From an uncultured bacterium (GTDB lineage: Bacteria; Chloroflexota; UBA5177; JANWHV01): a DNA stretch of 64,000 bases. Under the pieces are notes generated by a model. It saw only the letters and a list, made by a program, of their open reading frames with translations, searched no databases and was not told the DNA's origin. Below are positions 58,928 through 64,000 of the stretch, one piece after another (the stretch's first letter is position 1; every line of letters starts with the position of its first letter). The translations under genes were made by a program, and so were the position numbers. The stretch lies in NCBI GenBank assembly GCA_963827235.1, contig CAWHAE010000009.1, positions 320,001-384,000 of the forward strand. Direction: 5' to 3'.

Positions 58928-60481
58928 CTACTGGAAGTAGGCGCCGGCTAGACCCTGATAGCTGGCTCGTGGGATGTAGACGAAACCCTTGACGTTTGGA
59001 CTCATCGCATAGTCCCAATAGCTCGCATAGGTGTAGATCATAGGCCCGCCGTCATTTACCAGCCTGAGCTGGACCTTGTTGTACAACGCCTTGCGAGCGG
59101 CCGCCGACGTCGCGGCTCGTGCCTGGTCGAGCAAGCCGTCAACCGCCGGATCGCTGAACTGGAAGGCGTTCGTCGAGCCGCCGGTATGGAGCGCGGCGTA
59201 CATGGCCAGATCGGGATCCGTCCAATCACCGTTCTCGCCGGTGAACGAGTCGAAGTCGCGTACCACCCACTTGTGGACGTAGTCGCCCCACTCAGTCGTG
59301 GCGATATTCACGGTGATGCCCAACGGCTTCAGCTGCTGCTGGATGATCTCAGCGGCTGTGTAGTCGGATGGCAAGTAGTGCGACGCCATGATGCTGAAGC
59401 TGAAGCCTTTGGCATAACCCGCCTGGGCCAGCAGCTGCTTGGCCCGGGCCAGGTTCGGCGTGTAGGACGGGTACTGGCTCACCGGCAGCGCCCAGCTCCC
59501 GAGAGCGGGCGTGAGCAGGCCGGTGACGACGCCCTGGCCGCGCCCGGCGGCCTGCAGGATCTGCTTTCTATCGATCGCGTAGCTGAGCGACAGCCGGACA
59601 AGCGGATTGTCGAAGGGCTTGCGCTTCGTGTTGAAGCCGAGGAGGTGATAGTTGATGTCGAGCACATGCAGCACCGAAACGAGGTTGGCTTGCTGGAGCT
59701 GCTGTACTTGCTGGAAGTAGATCGGATCGAGAAAGGCCGCGAACTGGATCTGGCCCGTGCGCAGGGCGGCCACTCTGCTCGCGTCGGAGGGGATGATCTG
59801 GAAGACGACACTGTCGAAATGCGGTTGTCCGGGCACGAAGTAGTGCGGGTTCTTCACCAGCGTAATCGAGGTGTTCGGCACCCAGGACTTGAGCATGTAC
59901 GGACCCGTGCCGTCTTCGACGCGAGTCAGCTTGCCGGCATTGGCCGTCAAGAACTTGGCCGAGGTGACCGTCAGGAAGCTGGCGATCACCGCCAGAAACG
60001 GGCCATACGGCTTGCTCAGCTTCACGACCACGGTGGCGTTGTCCGGCGTGGAGACCGCGACGACCGGAGTAAAGAATGAGGCCCAGGGCGATGCAGTCTT
60101 CTTGTCTTGCAGGCGGGCCATGCTCGCCGCGACGTCGCCGGCCGCCAGCGCGGTTCCGTCGTGGAACGTGACGCCGGATCGGAGATGGAACGTGTAGGTT
60201 TTTCCGCCGTCCGTGATGGCCCAGCTCGATGCCAGGTCGGGCACAATCTGCGCCTTCGCGTCAAGCTTGACCAGGCTGTTGTAGAGAAGATCCTCGACGG
60301 GCAGTGAAGCCTCGTCGGTCGTGACCGTTGGATCGAGAGTGAGCGCATCACTCGACGCGCCAATGGTGAGCGTGTTGGCCGCCGCGCTGGCACGATGCGC
60401 GTGCAAGGGCAGTGTGCCAATCAGCAAGGCTGCCAGCAGAGCACTGGCAAGCACCGCGCGTACCTGAACCGGCTTGAACAT
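58928..60481 (-). CDS. Peptide/nickel-family ABC substrate-binding protein
   Basis: Signal peptide, TLDP, PDLASSW, YTFHLRSGVTFHDG, GTGPY; GGAGG RBS. Confidence 0.93.
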   Translation of the reverse strand: MFKPVQVRAVLASALLAALLIGTLPLHAHRASAAANTLTIGASSDALTLDPTVTTDEASLPVEDLLYNSLVKLDAKAQIVPDLASSWAITDGGKTYTFHLRSGVTFHDGTALAAGDVAASMARLQDKKTASPWASFFTPVVAVSTPDNATVVVKLSKPYGPFLAVIASFLTVTSAKFLTANAGKLTRVEDGTGPYMLKSWVPNTSITLVKNPHYFVPGQPHFDSVVFQIIPSDASRVAALRTGQIQFAAFLDPIYFQQVQQLQQANLVSVLHVLDINYHLLGFNTKRKPFDNPLVRLSLSYAIDRKQILQAAGRGQGVVTGLLTPALGSWALPVSQYPSYTPNLARAKQLLAQAGYAKGFSFSIMASHYLPSDYTAAEIIQQQLKPLGITVNIATTEWGDYVHKWVVRDFDSFTGENGDWTDPDLAMYAALHTGGSTNAFQFSDPAVDGLLDQARAATSAAARKALYNKVQLRLVNDGGPMIYTYASYWDYAMSPNVKGFVYIPRASYQGLAGAYFQ

Positions 60482-60594
60482 CTAGACACCTCCCAGCGTC
60501 CGGAGCACAGAGCAACGTCCCCAATTGCATGTCCGGTGAACCTGAAAGCTCCCGCTGTCTCTCCTTTCTCCTCTCTTGCCCGGCCACGCGCGCC

Positions 60595-60765
60595 GTCTTC
60601 AGCTCATCCGGAGCCCTGCATGCGGCGCCATCCGCACATGCAAGAAGCCTCCGGCCTCCGCTGCCGCCGGCTTGCCCAGGAGTATGAGGATAGCGAGCTT
60701 GACGTCGCCCTCGGCATAAGCCGGCACTTCGTCGACCGTCCTCGCGACGCAGTTGGTCGCCGTGC
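60595..60765 (-). pseudogene. murQ: C-terminal remnant of N-acetylmuramic acid 6-phosphate etherase
   Basis: ATNC..AEGDVKLAILILLG..AAEA, then after a frameshift RLLACADG..RAPDEL; resembles the MurQ C-terminal GxVKLAI domain and fits the anmK context. Confidence 0.65.
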
Positions 60766-60826
60766 CACCGCGCGGCGGGAACGGTCGCGCCGCTTGACGT
60801 CTCGAGGCGCTGTGTCGACCACCACT

Positions 60827-60879
60827 ATGTCTAGACATCGCTGGTGTGGCAATGTAGCACCGCCGTAGTTAGCGTGCAA
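60827..60879 (-). promoter_or_regulatory. Promoter of the recycling operon with a downstream palindromic operator
   Basis: TTGCAC-17 nt-TACATT with extended TG (60879-60851); perfect palindrome ATGTCTAGACAT at 60827-60838. Confidence 0.7.
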
Positions 60880-61184
60880 CCCTGGCGGGAGTTCAGGGGG
60901 GCATCGTAGCGGTAACCGCGCCCGGCTGAAGAACCTCTGGTCGCAGGAGCCATGCCCGGAGCCACACCGCCTCTTGAGGCTCATGCACAGGCCCTGAACG
61001 TCTCGCAGGCTCGCCGATCGCCGGCTCCTTCCCGCGTGTCGTCCGCCTTGGTGAGCCACAACGTCTAGACATGTGCGAAGCGCCATGGAACGAGATGGCG
61101 CCGGTGCGTACCACGGGAAGGGTAGTCTGCCAATCCTGGGAGTGACCCAGTGAGCGGCGCGGGGCAGGTACGCGTCTCGACGGG

Positions 61185-61238
61185 TTGACATCCGTGTGAC
61201 CGCCGGCTAATAATATGGGTGGTTACCCACTCATATTA
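61185..61238 (+). promoter_or_regulatory. tetR promoter and probable autoregulatory operator
   Basis: TTGACA at 61185; inverted repeat TAATATGGGTGG-ttac-CCACTCATATTA (11/12 match) at 61211-61238. Confidence 0.65.
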
Positions 61239-61252
61239 TCCGATGGGGTGCC

Positions 61253-61858
61253 ATGCGCTATCCACGAGCAGATGCTGACCATGTCCTGGCCGAGGCCCGG
61301 CGGCGACTGCTGGATGCTGCCGCTGAGCAGATCGCGCGCGAAGGCTATGAGGGCGCGAACGTCAATCGCATCTCCATCAGCGCCGGCTTCGCAAAGGGCA
61401 CCATCTACAACTACTTCGCCAGCAAGCAGACACTCATGGAGTCACTGCTGCAGTCCATCGCCGAGCACCATTGCTCCTTCGTCGCGGAGCACGTCCGGCA
61501 GGGGCCGGCGGCCGAGACGCGGCTGGCCGGCTTCTTCGAGGCCGGGTTCGAGTTCGCGCGCCGTTATCCGGCCCAGGCTCGCGTAGCGATCACTACCGTG
61601 CACGGATCCAATCTCGCCTTCAAGACGACGCTGTACCTGGCATATCAGCCGCTCTTTGAGCTCATCGCCGCGGAGATCATCGCCTGCGGAGTGGCCGAAG
61701 GCGTCTTTCGCGAGCTGGATCCTGCGGCGACGGCACGCTTGCTGATGACCCTGTACCTGGGATCCGTCTCGGAGGTCGACGATCGTGGTCGACTCTGGCT
61801 GTCGGCTGCCGACGTCTCGGGCTTTGCCTGGCACGCCCTCCGGGTGGCTGAGCCTTGA
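61253..61858 (+). CDS. TetR/AcrR family transcriptional regulator
   Basis: LLDAAAEQIAREGYEGA..ISAGFAKGTIYNYFASK. Confidence 0.93.
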   Translation: MRYPRADADHVLAEARRRLLDAAAEQIAREGYEGANVNRISISAGFAKGTIYNYFASKQTLMESLLQSIAEHHCSFVAEHVRQGPAAETRLAGFFEAGFEFARRYPAQARVAITTVHGSNLAFKTTLYLAYQPLFELIAAEIIACGVAEGVFRELDPAATARLLMTLYLGSVSEVDDRGRLWLSAADVSGFAWHALRVAEP

Positions 61859-62700
61859 TCGTGGTCGACCGGGAGCATTGCTCCGGATGTGGCCTTTGCG
61901 CCCTCGTCTGCCACGAGCATTGCATCGACCTGCTCGGCGGCATTCCGCGCTTCCGAACCGGCGTCTGCAGCACGTGCACCCAGTGTATCGCGGTGTGTCC
62001 GCAGCAGAGCCTTTCCTGGGACGGCGTATCCCCGCGGAGCAAGAATAGCGCGCTCCTGCCATCGGCCGCACAGCTCAACGAGCTCTTCATGCAGCGACGC
62101 AGCGCGCGGCATTTCAGGGCCGGCAGGATCGATCGCTCGCTCCTCGCCGAGGTAGTCGGCAGCGCCGTCTACGCGCCCACGGAGAACACCGGGCTGCGGG
62201 CAATTGTGATCGACGATGAGACCATGATCAGAGAGCTGGATCGCACGCTGGTGCGAGTAGCGCGTAGAATCTACAACCTCGTCTATCGTTGGAAGGTGGT
62301 GGGCGTCCTGGCCCGGTTGGTGGGCGCGGAGCACGCCTATCGGCGCCAGGAGCCGAAGCTGCGGGAAGCACTACGGCGCGGCACGGGATGGCGCACGCTG
62401 CCCGCTGCGATCGTGTTCATCGTGGGGAGGAAGGGGATTCCGCTGTCCGACGCCAGCGCCCAGTATGCGCTGGCCAACGTCGTCTACTGCGCGCAGGCTC
62501 ACGGCCTGGGCAGTTGCCTCTGCGGCAACGGGCCGCTCTTCTTCGACAGAGAGAGGTCAATTCGCAAACGACTGGCTCTCAGCCGGCGTGAGAACATTCT
62601 CGCAGCGCTCGTACTGGGATATCCCGCCATCACCTACGCCAACGTGGCGCAGGGCAAGGCGATGCCGTTGCAGTGGAACGGCAACACCCAGCCGAGCTGA
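61855..62700 (+). CDS. Nitroreductase family protein with N-terminal 2x[4Fe-4S] ferredoxin domain
   Basis: CSGCGLCALVC, CSTCTQCIAVCP, RRSARHF, GLGSC, LGYP; TTGA overlap with tetR. Confidence 0.9.
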   Translation: MIVVDREHCSGCGLCALVCHEHCIDLLGGIPRFRTGVCSTCTQCIAVCPQQSLSWDGVSPRSKNSALLPSAAQLNELFMQRRSARHFRAGRIDRSLLAEVVGSAVYAPTENTGLRAIVIDDETMIRELDRTLVRVARRIYNLVYRWKVVGVLARLVGAEHAYRRQEPKLREALRRGTGWRTLPAAIVFIVGRKGIPLSDASAQYALANVVYCAQAHGLGSCLCGNGPLFFDRERSIRKRLALSRRENILAALVLGYPAITYANVAQGKAMPLQWNGNTQPS

Positions 62701-62814
62701 GCATTCCCACCGCTAGCCTGGCCGCGCACAAGGCAGAGAGCGTTGCGGTCCTCTACATCGGTGTAGACATCGTCTACAGGGGCCTGCGGCTGCCCGAGGC
62801 TGATCGGAGTACGG

Positions 62815-62940
62815 CAGTTTTGCTCACTGTATATCTGCCTGGTCCTGGGTCCCATTCTCATCGGCGACTTTCTCAGCGTGCTGAGTTGGGACACGGCGTC
62901 ACCGTGGCGCTGGGCTGGCCTCAAGAACTTCCGGCACCAT
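62815..62940 (+). pseudogene. Possible remnant of a carbohydrate ABC permease N-terminus
   Basis: Manual translation LVLGPILIGDFLSVLSWDTASPWRWAGLKNFR resembles P..S..SF..W......GL.N(Y/F). Confidence 0.4.
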
Positions 62941-62980
62941 ACTGGAGGTAGACCCGTCGAGCTTTACAGGAGGTACCTAC

Positions 62981-63390
62981 ATGACAGCTCTGCCAGCCGA
63001 CGATCAGATCTGGCTGCATGACGACCAGGAGGAGGATCTCGTGGGAACGGACTGGCACCAACGAGCGATCGATTGCCTATTCGACGCGCTGCAAGATGTG
63101 GCGGAAGCCGCCGGACTGCCGTGGCACGTGGGCAACCAGCATACCCTGCTCGCCCGCATGCGCGACGGACGCTTCTGGCGTCCTTGCCCCGACATCATGG
63201 TGCATCCCCAGGCGGGCAGTGAGCCGCGCGAGGAGATGGTCGTCTCGAAGGAAGGCCCGCCGGCGCTCGTCATCGAGGTGAGCAGAGCATCGACAGTTGA
63301 CCGCTGAACGCGAGCAGCAGTCACAGGAGATCGCCTTCCTGCGTTCCCAGGTGGAGCGGCTGCAGCGGCGCCTCGAGGGTCGTGACACCG
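62981..63390 (+). pseudogene. Uma2-family endonuclease with internal deletion
   Basis: AGGAGG RBS; HQRAI..PCPDIMVHP..GPPALVIEVS, then out-of-frame jump to coiled-coil tail EIAFLRSQVERLQRRLE; right boundary approximate. Confidence 0.7.
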
Positions 63391-63710
63391 ATAGCCCAGC
63401 CGAGGGCGGTCCCGAGTCGCGCTCGACCCGGCGGCACCCAGCGATCCTGTCCTCCGCCGGTGGACGTTGCGCCAGCCGTGGGCGATCGAGGCGAGCCTGC
63501 CGCGTCCACCGCATCGCGTTGCTGCCATCCGGAGGAGCGCGGGCTGTCGCCGGGCCCTGAACGGCCGCCAAGCGGCTGGCCGGAACAACAGCGATGAATG
63601 CGCTACCCTACACGACAGTTCGAGTAGGATTGGGTCCGGCTGCGCGGCGCTCGACCCGGAGGCGCGGGCGAATTACTGGCGACCGGTGCCGATACCAATG
63701 GGAGAAGACA

Positions 63711-64000
63711 GTGAACTTCGATCTGCTCAAGAGGCTGTGCGAGACACCCGCGGTTCCAGGACGGGAAGAGGCACTGCGCACGCTCGTCCAGGCCGAGCTG
63801 GGTCAACTGACCAGGGACGTGCGCGTGGATGCCATGGGCAACGTCATAGCCCGTCTTGCGGGCTCGAGCGAGGGCGCGAGAACGGTGATGCTCGCGGCGC
63901 ACATGGACGAAATCGGCTTCCTCGTTCGCCACGTCGACAAGCGTGGCTTCATTCGTCTGCAGCCTGTCGGCGGCTTTGACGCGAGAGTCCTGGTCGCGCA
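63711..64000 (+). CDS. M42 family metallopeptidase, 5' part (runs off the window edge)
   Basis: Not in the ORF track. LLKRLCETPAVPGREE..DAMGNVIA..MLAAHMDEIGF..PVGGFD; GGAG RBS before GTG 63711. Confidence 0.9.
   Translation, partial: MNFDLLKRLCETPAVPGREEALRTLVQAELGQLTRDVRVDAMGNVIARLAGSSEGARTVMLAAHMDEIGFLVRHVDKRGFIRLQPVGGFDARVLVA

Noticed and set aside
60490-60600. Glycine riboswitch in the leader (GGAGA..CTTTCAGG)
   Set aside because: The CCGAAG core and paired stems are not evident, and the adjacent sequence is better explained as a murQ remnant.

Overview
High-GC bacterial chromosomal segment, no rRNA, CRISPR array or prophage. Leaderless genes, a Gram-positive-type LexA box, Uma2 proteins and many Sec-exported Ig/PKD proteins suggest a monoderm such as Chloroflexota (inference). 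The most unusual part is a copper-trafficking locus at 11968-19840: three paralogous secreted PKD-like proteins whose mature chain would start with a conserved Cys, a TlpA-like/SCO fusion, a CopC-CopD-2xYtkA-like-beta-propeller fusion, a stand-alone CopC, and an upstream His/Met-rich membrane protein ending in an RPPP arrest-like motif. Beside it are a pho-box-type promoter driving a His/Gly/Trp-rich protein and a Fur-family regulator. Other content: a tRNA-Ala/tRNA-Trp pair, a peptidoglycan-recycling operon (ABC transporter, GNAT, anmK, serine hydrolase) with dre-like operators and a murQ remnant, a second peptide ABC cluster with a frameshifted binding protein, a glycoside-hydrolase-like protein lacking both catalytic Glu, a dispersed ~50-bp double-hairpin intergenic repeat, and more than ten gene remnants. 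All calls come from reading motifs by eye; no searches were run. Start codons are my choice where they differ from the ORF track.
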